A stretch of 64,000 bases of DNA from Xylographa opegraphella (lineage: Eukaryota). Every line of letters starts with the position of its first letter. Position 1 is the first letter of the stretch. Under the pieces are notes generated by a model. That model was not told the DNA's origin. It saw nothing but the letters and a program-made list of their open reading frames with translations, and ran no database searches. Shown piece after piece: positions 50,250-61,921 of this stretch. The DNA lies in contig JALDZX010000024.1 in the NCBI GenBank assembly GCA_022813865.1, forward strand, positions 62,001 through 126,000. The letters run 5' to 3'. The translations under genes were made by a program, and so were the position numbers.

Positions 50250-51256
50250 TCAAGCCCCCTTCCCACCCCCACCCATCATCCTCCTCCCGCCCTCCCCGCC
50301 CTCCGCCCTCACCTTCTCATACGCCCCGCCCCACACCGCCGCCGCGTCCTCATTCAGCCAGCGCTGGCTCTCGTTCGGGTAGCCGACCGGCCGCCGCCAG
50401 TACAGCTCCTCCAGACTACACTCGACCGTCTCGCCCGCGCTGCCGCCCTCCAATAGCGCCTCGTACGCGCGGATGACGGTGCTCATCGGCGTCAGGTGGC
50501 CCATCGCCTCCACCGCCTCCACCAAGCCTGGGGGCGCCAGGCCCGTCGGTACGAATGCCGGCAGGAGCGCGTTGACCGCGATGCCCTCGCGGGCGAGGCG
50601 CGGGCCGACGGAGCGGGTGAGGCCGATGAGCTGGGGAGGGGGGGGGTAAGCGGGGAGCGTGGATGGGATGGGATGGGGGGAAGGGAACGTACCCCGTGCT
50701 TGGCGGCGCAGTACAGCGGGTTCGTCTCGAACGGGTACAGGCCCACCATGCTGGCGGTGATGACCATGCTGCGCGTGCGGGGCGGGCGGCCCAGCGCCAC
50801 GTCCGCGCGCGCGCTGTGCCGCGCGAAGGCGACGAAGAGCTTCAGCCCGCTGACGACGGCGGCGAGGTCGACGTCCAGGGTCTTGAGGTTCGGCGGCCGC
50901 ACGGTCACGGGAGTGTCCGCGTCGGCGGGCACGACCTCGGCGGCGAAGACGTCCTCGCTGTCGTCGATGCCCGCGTTCGCGGCGAAGACGTCGATGCTGC
51001 CGTTGTAGGCGAGCGCGCGCTGGAAGAGCGCCAGCTGCGCGGCGAAGGAGGCGATGTCCGTGCGGACGAAGGTCGGCGCTGGGGTGCTGGGGGTGGGGAG
51101 CGCGAGGGAGGATGCGGTGTCGGCGCCGGTGGGGTTGATGTCTGCCATGAATACTTTGTAGTTCTTGTGTAGGAGGTGGGTGGTTAGGGCGAGGCCGATG
51201 CCGGAGGCGGCGCCGGTGATGATGGCAACGGGGTGGGGAGGGGGGGCGGTGGACAT
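50250..51256 (-). CDS. Short-chain dehydrogenase/reductase (15-hydroxyprostaglandin dehydrogenase-like)
   Basis: AIITGAASGIGLA, FAANAGI, ITASMVGLY, YCAAKHG (YxxxK); one intron ~50693-50632, then LIGLTRSVG...VNALLPAFVPTGL. Confidence 0.92.
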
Positions 51257-51755
51257 TGTGGGGTTGTGGGAGGTGGGGCTTGGTGGTGGTGGTGGAGAGT
51301 TGGAGATGGGGTGTCGTGGTGGTGGTGGAGGAGGGAAAGAGCGGGTGGCGAGAGCGTAGGAGGGTGATGGTGAGGCATTGTTGCTGGTAGGAGGTGCTGG
51401 AGTGGAGAGACGACTGAGGAGGTCTTGATGGATCGGGTACGGAGGTGGGGGATGTGCCGAGGATGGGTTTGGGAGGGAAACCCTAACGGGCGGAACGGTT
51501 CCGTTGCTTCGAGTCGATGGAGATGACGGTATATAAGATGAAAGGAGCTGATGATCTTACAACCACATAACTGTATTGACATAACGGTATTGGTCAGAGC
51601 GATAGCTAGATCGAGCACCTCTTGTTTCTCAGGTGATAAATAATTACAATAGAACAACGATACAAAACTTCCGTAGTATAGACATCCCATCCTCCCAACC
51701 AAAGAAACCACCACCATCTCATTCGTGCAACATCTAAACATCCCATCCCCCTTCC

Positions 51756-52488
51756 TCATAACAGCGCCGCCAAGCCTAGCACTCCCACCACACCCACCAG
51801 CCCCATCCCCATCGCTGCCGTCTCAGCCGCCATAGCCGACGAAGTCGCAGACGCCGCCCCCCCCGTCCCCGTAGGCGTCGAAGTGATGCTCATACTCCCA
51901 GCGGACGATGTGCTACTCGTACTTGTCATGGAGGTCGACATGCTCCCACTGGACCCGGGCGGACCGAACGCACCCCCCGTCGTCGTCGCGTTGGTCAGGG
52001 CCGCAATCTCGCCGACGTCGGTGGCGGCGGGGCCGTAGTCGCTGTAGGTGTGGAGGTAGCTCTTGACGTCGGTGGGAAGGGAGCTGAACCAGCCGGGCGG
52101 GGTGCCGGCGGCGAAGGCGGACTCCCAGCTCGAGGCGAAGGAAGGGTTGTGCAGGATCTCAGAGATGAAGCCGGAAGGGGCGGCGGTCATGAGGACGGAG
52201 AGGACAGGCGCCGTCGGCAGTTCGGACGCGAGCTGTTCGGCGATGGGGCCGAGGGAGAGGAGCACGGCCGGGTTCGTGGGGAGGGCGGTAATACCCGCTT
52301 GGGAAGCGCTGGAATTGGGGAAACGGAGTCAGCACGTACGGCGTGTGGATGCCAAGCTCTGCAATAGAGATAGGGAGATGCGTTGCTTACAGCTCCAGTA
52401 GTTGGGAGAGGTTATCTTGACGCTTTTCCTTCTGGCCCGGCGCAGCGATTGCGCAGGCCGCTAGGGCGAGAACGAGTGCAGAGCGCAT
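51756..52488 (-). CDS. Secreted, probably GPI-anchored Ser/Thr-rich cell-wall protein
   Basis: Signal peptide MRSALVLALAACAIAAP, KR Kex2 site, one intron, PGWFSSLPTDVKSYL motif, S/T-rich stalk, hydrophobic C-terminus GLVGVVGVLGLAALL*. Confidence 0.85.
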
Positions 52489-53564
52489 GATAGGTTTGGA
52501 AAGCTTGAGATGTTTCGGACGGAAGGGCTAGCTATTGGCAACAACAGAAGACGCAGGCGCAGGTGAGACTGGAGCGCGCATAGTGAAGGGAGAGACTGCT
52601 CGAGGTACAAGTAGGTGCAAGCACCGGCAGGTAGGCAATATACCTTAGCAAAGTGAGATTTCGTCATGCTTCCCAGTTTTGTTTCAACGGCTGTGAACCG
52701 GCTTGCCGACGGAAGTCGATGATTCGTCAATTATCCCTTCGGCTTGCCGGCATTACTCCCGCCACACACACCGCCACAGCAATTACGGCCCTGGCATCTA
52801 TCCACTGTGGCGTTTCGGTCATAGTGAAGCTTATCTCAGTGCTCAGTACACGAACGGATCGACATCATACACAGCGCGTGTATTTCACGACAGCTTTTTC
52901 AATGATTTTCAATGTTAAATATGCATGTTTTAGGGCACAGCACATTAGTCTATCGTTCGCCCACGCAACACAGGCACGCACGCCAGCCAATATTAACAAA
53001 GCCAAAGTAAAGCCAAAGCCAAAAGCACGATCCCTGTTTTCCGTGGCTGCGATATCTCTCGTTGCAGCAAGGATGGCGGAGGAGATGCTTTTGTAGTGAA
53101 GTGCCCGCTATGCCAGAATTCAACAGATCGTAATGTGAAATAAGAAGCTCCATCGACGAAGCGTGATAGAAGAGCGTAGGAGCTCCGGAAAGCCCTTGGT
53201 GCCGTCCACCCTGTCGTGATTGATCGTTTCAAACGACGATCTTCAAGAATGAGCCAGTAGATCGCGTATTACTTACAAGGAAAAGAAATGGTTGATAATC
53301 TGAAGCCAAAGATTGGAAACGTGGTGGAACCATGCACTCAGCTGCTGGCCTGGACGCCTGGAAATCAAAGAACCTCCAATTTGCCTTGTGTTGCCGATGT
53401 CGCCCGTCCTTGATACGACTGCGTGTTTTAGGCACCACTGAAGTTTCATGATCATAGCCCGTGCTATAGTTCAGATGACACTGGTGAATGACGAGATGAT
53501 TAGATTGGAGCGCTTGGTGGTATGATAGGCCCAAGAAGCGGAGCATGGGACGACTCGAACAGGA

Positions 53565-56500
53565 TCAACGCTCGAGGTCGGCCTTGAGGGTTGCATCAAG
53601 GATCTTGTCGATCTTGACACGGTTTTTCAGATTCAGTGCACCATTTCTCCAGGCCGCACGAAGTTTGTCAAATGCTACCTTGTCAGTCCGTGAAGCTTCT
53701 GACTTGACAAGCTCAACATAGTCGCGCGCCAAATCATCCGAGACTACCTTCTGACCAAGTATAGAGGCGTCATAGTACATGACTAGGTTGCGAATTCCAG
53801 TCGTCGAGTCACGACTCGTGGAGTCTTCGAATGCCAGGTGGCGGAATTCCTCGTACATTCGAGTATTGAAATTGCGGATCAAGAAATGGGACCAAAACTG
53901 ATACAAAATATCCATGTCACGATGGCACTGTCCTAGCGGTGACTGCTCACGCTGCTTCAGCGCGTTGTGTCTGAAGACCGTGTAGGATTCGTGAGTAAGA
54001 TCATTCGGAAGATCGTCGATTGGTGCCTCTTGATCCTTGACCCAGAAAACGGGAGAAGCGACACTGTTGGTTGGCTTTGAAGCCGAATTGGATAAGAAAG
54101 GACTCCTGGATCTCTGTACACCTTCGCTTTCACGACTGGTATAGAATCAGCACACAGACTACCACATACTGGGAGAACTTTGTCCTCACCTGTCTGGTGT
54201 TCGGTCACCATTGACACTCGAAACAGAAGGCCGATCCCCCATGTTGGAAATCTCGTCCGATAGTGTATGATTGTCAATTGAACCATTCGAGAAGGTACGA
54301 GACGCTGCAGAAGGGAAGGGTGCACGAAATGAGGGTGTAGTTGAGCTTTGAGGTTTTCGTATCACGATCATCAAGCTCTCAACTTGCTCGTCGGAGAACG
54401 AATTCTCAGTAGCTGAACGCGGCTCAATGGTAGTCAATGACTGGTGATTCACAACTGGCAATCCAGGAGTAAAGTCTGCGACTGCTGCAGACAGTGGTGT
54501 CTGCGTAAACTGTCCATTGGTCATATATCCATTGTGACCATTCGGCATGCTCTCCGAGGTGGCCATCGGACCAGACGATGAGATGCCGTTCGCAGGGGAA
54601 AACACCCGATTGTGGGCATTGGTGAATGAAGAAGATCTTGGTGATGTGGCAGACACTGCGCCTTGACCACGATAAGGATCCCATCCTGCCGAAGATGGGA
54701 GTTGTGGTTGTTGCATCTGAACAGGAACATCATTCTTGGCACTGTCATCCCGATCCTCCAAATTTAGCACCCACTGTTGCCATCCATCGGCTTTGCGAAC
54801 ACGGTCCACACCATCTAGGCCAGTCTGGATATCAATCACTTCTGAATTCCGGCAAACAAATCTTATCAACTCCAAGTCAGAGGTAAGTTGTCTAATTCGA
54901 TTGAATTTGATTAAGACGGTAAGGAAGACGAACCCCTGCGAGTCCATGTGCTTTCGCAAAAACATGTCCTTGCAGAGGTTATCAAGCGAAAAGTAATATT
55001 CCCTAAAGTCAAAGGTCAGCAAAACCGTCTCCAATAGTCTTACAAAGTCGATAACCGCCTGACTTACATTTGCATCTGTACCATACCGATGAGCTGAATC
55101 TGCTCGTATGATTGATACGGTACGGCGCTCATGATCGCTGGATGGCCTGGCTGATAACCATACATATTAGCAACATCAGTCTGCAATGCAGGTAGTTGCT
55201 GTGTTACTGGTGGCGGTCCGCCATTTGGGTAACGCCCGAAGCCAGTGGGGTTCGGAATGGATTGTGAGCGTGAATTAGCACGATGACCTTTCGTTTCTCG
55301 AGAAGCAGGTGGAAAAGCGGAGCCTTGAGGCTGACCCGGGTGGCGCTCGTTGTAAGAATGGGACTTCGATGGGGTATATCCTGGAGCTGACTGATAATTG
55401 GACTGGCCAGCAGAAACGGGCTGGCCGTTACTCGTTTGGTTGCCGTTGAACGTATTATACCCGCCTCGGCCACGGAACCCACCCCGTCCACGATCGGCTC
55501 GTCCTTCTCCACGCTCACGAGTGTGCGAAAACCCATTGTAGTCCCTGAAGACATCAGAAGGCCGCATAGCACCGTCACTCCTTCGATCCGTCATAGATCT
55601 TGGATGCGCATGATCGTTTGAGTTACCTTGGTGCCCAACGTCCCGCTCTCCATTTGTGAATGATTGTTTTCGATTTCCAGTATTGTCATTCATACCGCCT
55701 GTGAGTGAAACGTGACGTCCCTTCTGGGGATGATCTGTCTGCGTTGCGATAGAGCTTCTACGTTCATCGATCGGAGAGGTCCTGTTATGAAACATCTGTT
55801 GGTCACCGGATGAACTATCGTCACGTTTCTCTGCCGTTGAAGAATCTGGAACTTTCCTATTTTCGCGGTTGATGGGCGGTCCAGCACTTGCTGCTCGCTT
55901 CGATCTCGAAGGCAAAGTGCCACCTCGAGGCGGCACCATATCTCCTCTTGGCCGATCACTTCCAGATCCAGCTGGAGTTCCTGGGGTACTCGTTGTCACA
56001 GTGGGCGGCTTCTCGGCCCCGGAGATGCTGTTATGAACAACGTGGCCCCCTCTACCACTGCCGCTGCCATCTCGACCACCACCACGAACGGTTCGTCCTC
56101 CTCTTCGTCCTGGCGGAAGTGGTGTGGCAAACACAGCCGAGGGAACATAAGGAACGGGAACCCATTTCTCCTTTCCGTGCGGTTTAGTCGCCGGGATCTT
56201 CTCTTTGTCGATTTTCTCACTCCGATCGGCATGCTTCTTCTTCTCCTCTTCTTGAGCAATATCCGGGGTGGGCCAGGATATAGCATCTCCTGGAGGTGGA
56301 GGAGGTGCAGAAGCTACAGCAGGCTTCGCAGGTTCGGCTGGACGTGCTACATTGTGGCCTTTTCTATCACCTATTATACAATGTAAGTAGTGAACCAACC
56401 CAATAGACTGGGTCTATATTTACTTTCTTCTGCACTGCGGTACTTGGCCTCGCCCACTTTGATGGAGTCTTTAGCACCTGGAGATACCGGTTTTTCATCC

Positions 56501-57303
56501 GTTGCCTGGCCACCTTTGACTTTACGCTTACTATCTAGCTTCCCAAGCTCTGGTAAAGTCTCTTGGGACTTCCGTGCTCCCTGGTTCGTAGAATCTTTAT
56601 TTGAGATTGCATTATTCGTCCCTTGAGATGTCTTTGGGTCCTTGGTTGCTTTTGCTTGAGCGTCTTGGGCTCGCTTCTGCCAGAAATTGACCGCGGGAGG
56701 CGGTGCTTCTTTGAGCTGAGTGGGCTCAGGTACGGGCTCCGAAATATGCTCCCAGGAAGAATGTTTCGAGTCCTCGTCATCGCCATCTAGTTTTGTGCCA
56801 GTCTTGTCGGGATTTTGAGAAGTTTGTGATATCTTGTCCCAAGTCGACTCTGAAGAACCGTTGGGCGTTGCAAAAACATCATCATCTTTGAGCAGTGTTG
56901 ATGTCGATATGCTACCAAAGCCAGGGGACGATGGTGGGGAGTGAACGGGTTGAGCTGGGGCCTCTGACGCCTGTTGTGGCATCTCAGGTGTTGCGTTTGC
57001 ACTGGCCAAATTGCCGACCGGTGGCTCTGTGTCGATATTTGGCTCCGTCTTTTCCGGTTTCTCGTTATGGACCTGTCCTTCACTGGCCCTACGAGTGCTG
57101 CTTGTGTGTTCGACTCCATTTACATCTGCTGTCTGATGCGAGGAAGCTCGCCTTGGCATTGACACCGCAGTATCCGTGTTTGACTTGTGAGCTGGTGGTG
57201 TTATCGACACAGACGGAGATCGCCCTTTGGCAGCTTGAGCGTATGAGAAGACTGGCACTGGAGGCACGCCCTCAAAATTCGGTTTCGACATTGTCGTAGA
57301 CAT
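53565..57303 (-). CDS. La-related RNA-binding protein (LARP1/Sro9/Slf1-like; La motif + DM15-like C-terminus)
   Basis: FSYAQAAKG, APPPAVNFW, GKEKWVPVPY, RGG boxes, EYYFSLDNLCKDMFLRKHMDSQGFV La motif, LYQFWSHFLIRNFNTRMYEEFR; three introns. Confidence 0.92.
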
Positions 57304-58866
57304 GGCGCTTATGAGTTATAGTACCAGAGCTTGCACGGAACAATACCAAGTCCAAGTGTTCAGCTACTCGTAGACTTCTGATACTGGTACCAAGAAGTGT
57401 ACTTGCAAAGCGTCGAACGTATAGTGAGGAAGTCTCAGGTATCCTACCCGAGCTGCAAACACTCCACCACCACACCGAACACCACCAATCTCGAACCTGT
57501 CCAGCACGCGCTGGAACAAATCGAAAGGTAATCAATCAGATATCGATTGCAGTGTTTGTAGGCAGATTCATCAACGAAGATTTGGTATATCCTTGACGTA
57601 CTATTCTTTCTGTCGAAACGGCAGTATGGACGAGCGAATGTGGTTGATATTCACACCCCGACTTCTCAGCTAGAATTGTCTGCGGAAGCCCTAAGCTCAC
57701 GGGAAGGAAGACCACTAGAATAGAAGGCGATGCTAAATTTGGTCGCTCTTAGTACCTGTTCGTGTAATTTGTAAATGACGATCCGCTGGTACACGGTACG
57801 TTCACGTTGTGGGAGAGCTTGCGTTCGCCCTGCTCCAAAGTTTTTTTTTGAAAAAAATCAGGGCTTGTAGGAAGAGAGTCTTTGCGCTAAAGCCATGGTG
57901 AAAGCGTCAGCGTCCCGTTTGGTAAAGAGTCTCGCTGTTGGATTGTGGTACTTTGACCAAGCTAATATCAGGTGAAGGTGTACAAACAGTTTGCAGCAAA
58001 TGCGCGAGATACCTTTATCAGGAACTTCCAGGGAAATCAGGGCCCAGAGAGGCTTCAGACACGTCGGAAGGATGTTGTGTGAGGGGATTTTGCCGTGTAG
58101 AAAAAAAAGCTCGCGGACGAGAAGGCGGCAGGATCGGCGGAACGGTCGTCAAGCCACGCTGTGGGGTACCACGAATTGGACTTCAAGCACGTTTCACAAC
58201 CAGCTGAGGCGGCTGAAGAACTCGAGAGCAGCCGAGTGACTGCCAACCTGCTAGCTCTGAGGGCAGTTTTATTGTCGAACTTTGATAGGACAGGCAAGGA
58301 GGAATCGTTGATGGTGGAGTGAAAGTCTTTTTTGTGAGACTACATAGCTAGCGCGGTGCGTCAACCGACGAATTCCCTCAGCATCATACTTCTGATAACA
58401 TCCAGCTGTGCTCCATATATTTGGACTCAACACCCATTGCACGCTACTATATTCATCCTCCTGGGATTACAAGCACACTCATTCACGCTCCTGTGCAAAC
58501 GGCTCAATCTAAGATAGCGCTCGAATCTTGACACTTTGCGGCATGGTCCTTTTGCTGTGCCGAGGTGCAATGAGACTATATGAAATTGTCTGTGTTAGTC
58601 CTATGGACCTTTTATTCTTGCCGTTCATAGTCGCCACGAAGGTGGCAATCGCAATCAATGCTCGATGAATACTGACACAGGCAATCATGCAAGTTACTAT
58701 AAAGCCTGGACGACTGTGCATGCCGGAAAGCGACCGGCATGGACATAAATCGGTATCGGCGTGGCTGTCCCTTATGCATCCGCTAGGATCTTCAGGCCAT
58801 GCTTATTTGCCGTTTCTCTAGGTATGAAGCCGATCAGCCCACGCAGTAGATGTTCTAAGCATTCTC

Positions 58867-60351
58867 TCATCGCGTGTAGAGCCAATCCATGCTCGGACTA
58901 GTATCAATCCTGAACAGCCTCTCCCTTTTCAATCCCTCGGTGAACCACTCCAGGCAGGAGGGATCCAATTGCGTAGTGCCCAAAGCCTCAACACGTACTG
59001 GTAATCTTGTTACATCGCGTAGGAGGTAATCGGTGAACCCGCCTCTCCACATCGGGATCTCATTGGGCGCGTAGATGGCCCATTGACGGCTCATGTGCAC
59101 CACAAGGCTCTCAGATAACACCATTGTGAAGCTGCTCAACTGCATGTGTCGTGCAGCAAAAGATATCAAGGGACAATTGACGAAGTCACGAGTGTTAGTG
59201 TTCGAGAGGGGAAAGTCGACTGCAACCCGAATATGTCTGATAAGTTTCGTCAGTCTTTGAGTGAGGCGAACTTGCTTGTAGTCGCCGAGTACGTTCTCGT
59301 CTTTATCCTGGGTCTTGTCTCGAAGCATATTTAACAGATTCATCTGATGCTTTAGTGATTCCGCTGTGAACGTTCCTTCATTATATAACACCAACTCAGC
59401 TTCGTGGTGAATCTGCTTATTAACCAGGAATAAAGAGACTGTATTTTGAGTATCTTGATCGTACCATGACCGTATATAAGGATGAATCCGTCCACCTGGA
59501 GGCAAAAGAACCCGACGGTAAACGAGATCGCGAATGTTCCTCGGGAAATCTAAAAACGGAACCTTGGTAGCTTTGTGAGCCACGGCCAGCTTGTGCGAGT
59601 GGAGCGGGATATCATGATATCCTTGCTGCAACAAGCTCAACTTAAGCCAAGGTAGGAAATCATCCGTGAATGCTGGAAAGCCAGAAATGACCCCGCCACG
59701 AATGACCGGAATATCAAACTCCCTGAGGCTCCTGATCTGCAAGATCGCCTTCACCCATTCTTTATCTTTCCGGCAACTGTCTACCCACGGAGGACCTTCC
59801 TGTCGATCGCCAGGGCCCCAAAGCTTGAGACTGTGCAGATTGGGGCACTCGCGCGCCAGAAACGTCATGAATAGCTGCCAGTCTTTCAACGAAATGGTTG
59901 CCGCATACACCTCCGAATAACACTTCCTCTCAACTCGGCGTACCAACCGTCGAAGCCTCCTCGGAAGTTTCTCAAGGAATTCATAGGACAGTTTGACGGG
60001 GTCGGACCAGTCCTGGTACATAAGATTCCACGATGCAGTCCCGTACAGAACCAGCTCCCCTTCCAGTTGGAGCTGACGGCATGCCCGAAGTATCGATACA
60101 TCAAAACGAGGTTTCCGATGCACATCCGTGTCATATGGGAATATCTGTCGAACGGCAGTAGTCGCCAGGCCGAGGCTGTCCTGTTCCAAATCGGTCGCTT
60201 CTTTCTGGCCGGGGAAGAACAACTCTCCGAGTATAGTATCACGGATTTCTCTCGGAAGTCGTAGCAGAGGGAATGCTCGAGCAGGATCGACATTGAGGTA
60301 GTCAAGCTTTTCAGGAACGTTGCGCTCAGGAGCCTCTTTAGCACTTGCCAT
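58867..60351 (-). CDS. Intronless protein with two tandem F-box-like modules
   Basis: FPLLRLPREIRDTILGELF...ILRACRQLQLEGELVLYG and PFLDFPRNIRDLVYRRVL...LFLVNKQIHHEAELVLYN. Confidence 0.75.
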   Translation of the reverse strand: MASAKEAPERNVPEKLDYLNVDPARAFPLLRLPREIRDTILGELFFPGQKEATDLEQDSLGLATTAVRQIFPYDTDVHRKPRFDVSILRACRQLQLEGELVLYGTASWNLMYQDWSDPVKLSYEFLEKLPRRLRRLVRRVERKCYSEVYAATISLKDWQLFMTFLARECPNLHSLKLWGPGDRQEGPPWVDSCRKDKEWVKAILQIRSLREFDIPVIRGGVISGFPAFTDDFLPWLKLSLLQQGYHDIPLHSHKLAVAHKATKVPFLDFPRNIRDLVYRRVLLPPGGRIHPYIRSWYDQDTQNTVSLFLVNKQIHHEAELVLYNEGTFTAESLKHQMNLLNMLRDKTQDKDENVLGDYKQVRLTQRLTKLIRHIRVAVDFPLSNTNTRDFVNCPLISFAARHMQLSSFTMVLSESLVVHMSRQWAIYAPNEIPMWRGGFTDYLLRDVTRLPVRVEALGTTQLDPSCLEWFTEGLKRERLFRIDTSPSMDWLYTR

Positions 60352-60921
60352 GACCCTATTCAAAACAAGACGAGCTCCAGAGAAACTTAGACGTAGTCTT
60401 AACCTTGCTCCTCAACCGTGACAAAGGGCCATATAGAAAACCAACAACTGCTCAACAAAAACGCATTTGCGTTCACATTGTGTCATTAAACATTAGCGAA
60501 CATCCTGGGGCTCATAAAAACGTGCAGTGCCGCACGAAATGCGGGCCAGGCAGTAAACGACGGCGGAACAGCGTCGCCTGCGACCCTCAACCCACACATA
60601 CGCCCACCACCAGACCTCAACTCCTGCGCGCGAGCCAAAAAACACATCAAAACCCGTGGCGCTCACCAAACATGCCTCTTGGCCCCCCCAAAAAAGCCGC
60701 CAACGATCTTTCCTCTCCAACCAAGGCCCGTTCACGAACAACCCCCATCCACGCCTCGGGCCGCTTCCGATACGCTAGGGCTTAGCACCACCCCTCCCCC
60801 CAATAGCACTAGCGCGCTCAACACTCCAAGTACCTCAAGATACCTTACCCACCTACCTAGGTACCTTACCATATACCCACACAAACCACCACCATCATCA
60901 ACACCCAAACCCGCACCAACA

Positions 60922-61688
60922 ATGCCTCACCCCGCCCCCCTCCCACCATCCACCTACAACACCCCACCCCCCCCACCGCCCAAACCCAGCAGCCGCCACT
61001 CCACCCTTCAAAGCGGGCCACCCCTGCCCCCCCCACGCNNNNNNNNNNNNNNNNNNNNNNNNNNNNNNNNNNNNNNNNNNNNNNNNNNNNNNNNNNNNNC
61101 TCGACGACGGCTGGCTACCCCCCATCGTGCAGGACAAACCGTACGTCCCCCCCCCACCTTCCACACCCACAAACTAACTCAAGGCCCACCAGAACCAACA
61201 CGCTCCTCCCCCTCCTAAACTCCCCCGCCCACCTCACCGCCCTCACCCTCTCCCCCCCACACACCCACCCCTCCCTCCCGCGCACCCTCCCCCCCATCCA
61301 GCACCTCCTCAACCAGAACCTCACCCTCGCGCACCAACTCCTCACCCTAACCACCAGGCTCACCACCCAACGCGCGCACACATCCGCACAGCTCCTGCAC
61401 CTGCACGCGCTAGAGCGGCAATGGCGCGCGAAGCAGACGCAGATGGACGAGGCGCTGGGGGCGTTCGCGGCGCCGGCGCTGCACGCGCGACTGGGAGCGG
61501 GCATCGCGGAGCAGGAGGCTTATTTGGCGGCTGTGGAGGAGAGTTTTTTGGAGGGGGAGATGGGGCGGGCGGGCGAGAGGGAGGTGGGGGAGGTGGTGAG
61601 GCGGTGGAGGGAGGGGAGGAGGGTGTTGGAGGTGAGGCGCGAGAGGAGGGAGAGGTGGGAGGAGGGGAGGGTGGGAGGGTGGCGGTAG
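60922..61688 (+). CDS. VPS37: ESCRT-I subunit Vps37 / Mod(r)-domain protein (contains an assembly gap)
   Basis: PPPPPPKP N-terminus, DGWLPPIVQDK, intron, LHALERQWRAKQTQMDEALGAFAAPALHARL...EESFLEG...RRERRERWEEGRVGGWR*. Confidence 0.82.
61039..61099. other. Assembly gap (61 N)
   Basis: Run of n inside an extremely C-rich tract. Confidence 1.
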
Positions 61689-61921
61689 CGTGGGGGGGCA
61701 GTTTTCTTTTCTGATGCGGGACGGAGGGACGGAGGGAGGAGGGAGGTTACTTTACGGCGACGTGGGGGGCGTGGGGGCGTGAATGGAGGGGGGGAATAAT
61801 CGTGTCTTGCACAGTCTCCGATACTTCTCTAGGTGCTTTGCAGAAAGCAGCACCCCCGCTTTTCCCATCCCTCGCTCTCCACCCCCACCCACATCAACAG
61901 ACCCAAAGACCCTACCACCAC

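Noticed and set aside
51478..51487. AACCCTAAC telomere-template-like sequence (also CTAACCCT at 8084)
   Set aside because: Isolated matches in a short intergenic region or intron, with no room or structure for a ~2-kb telomerase RNA and no telomeric array.
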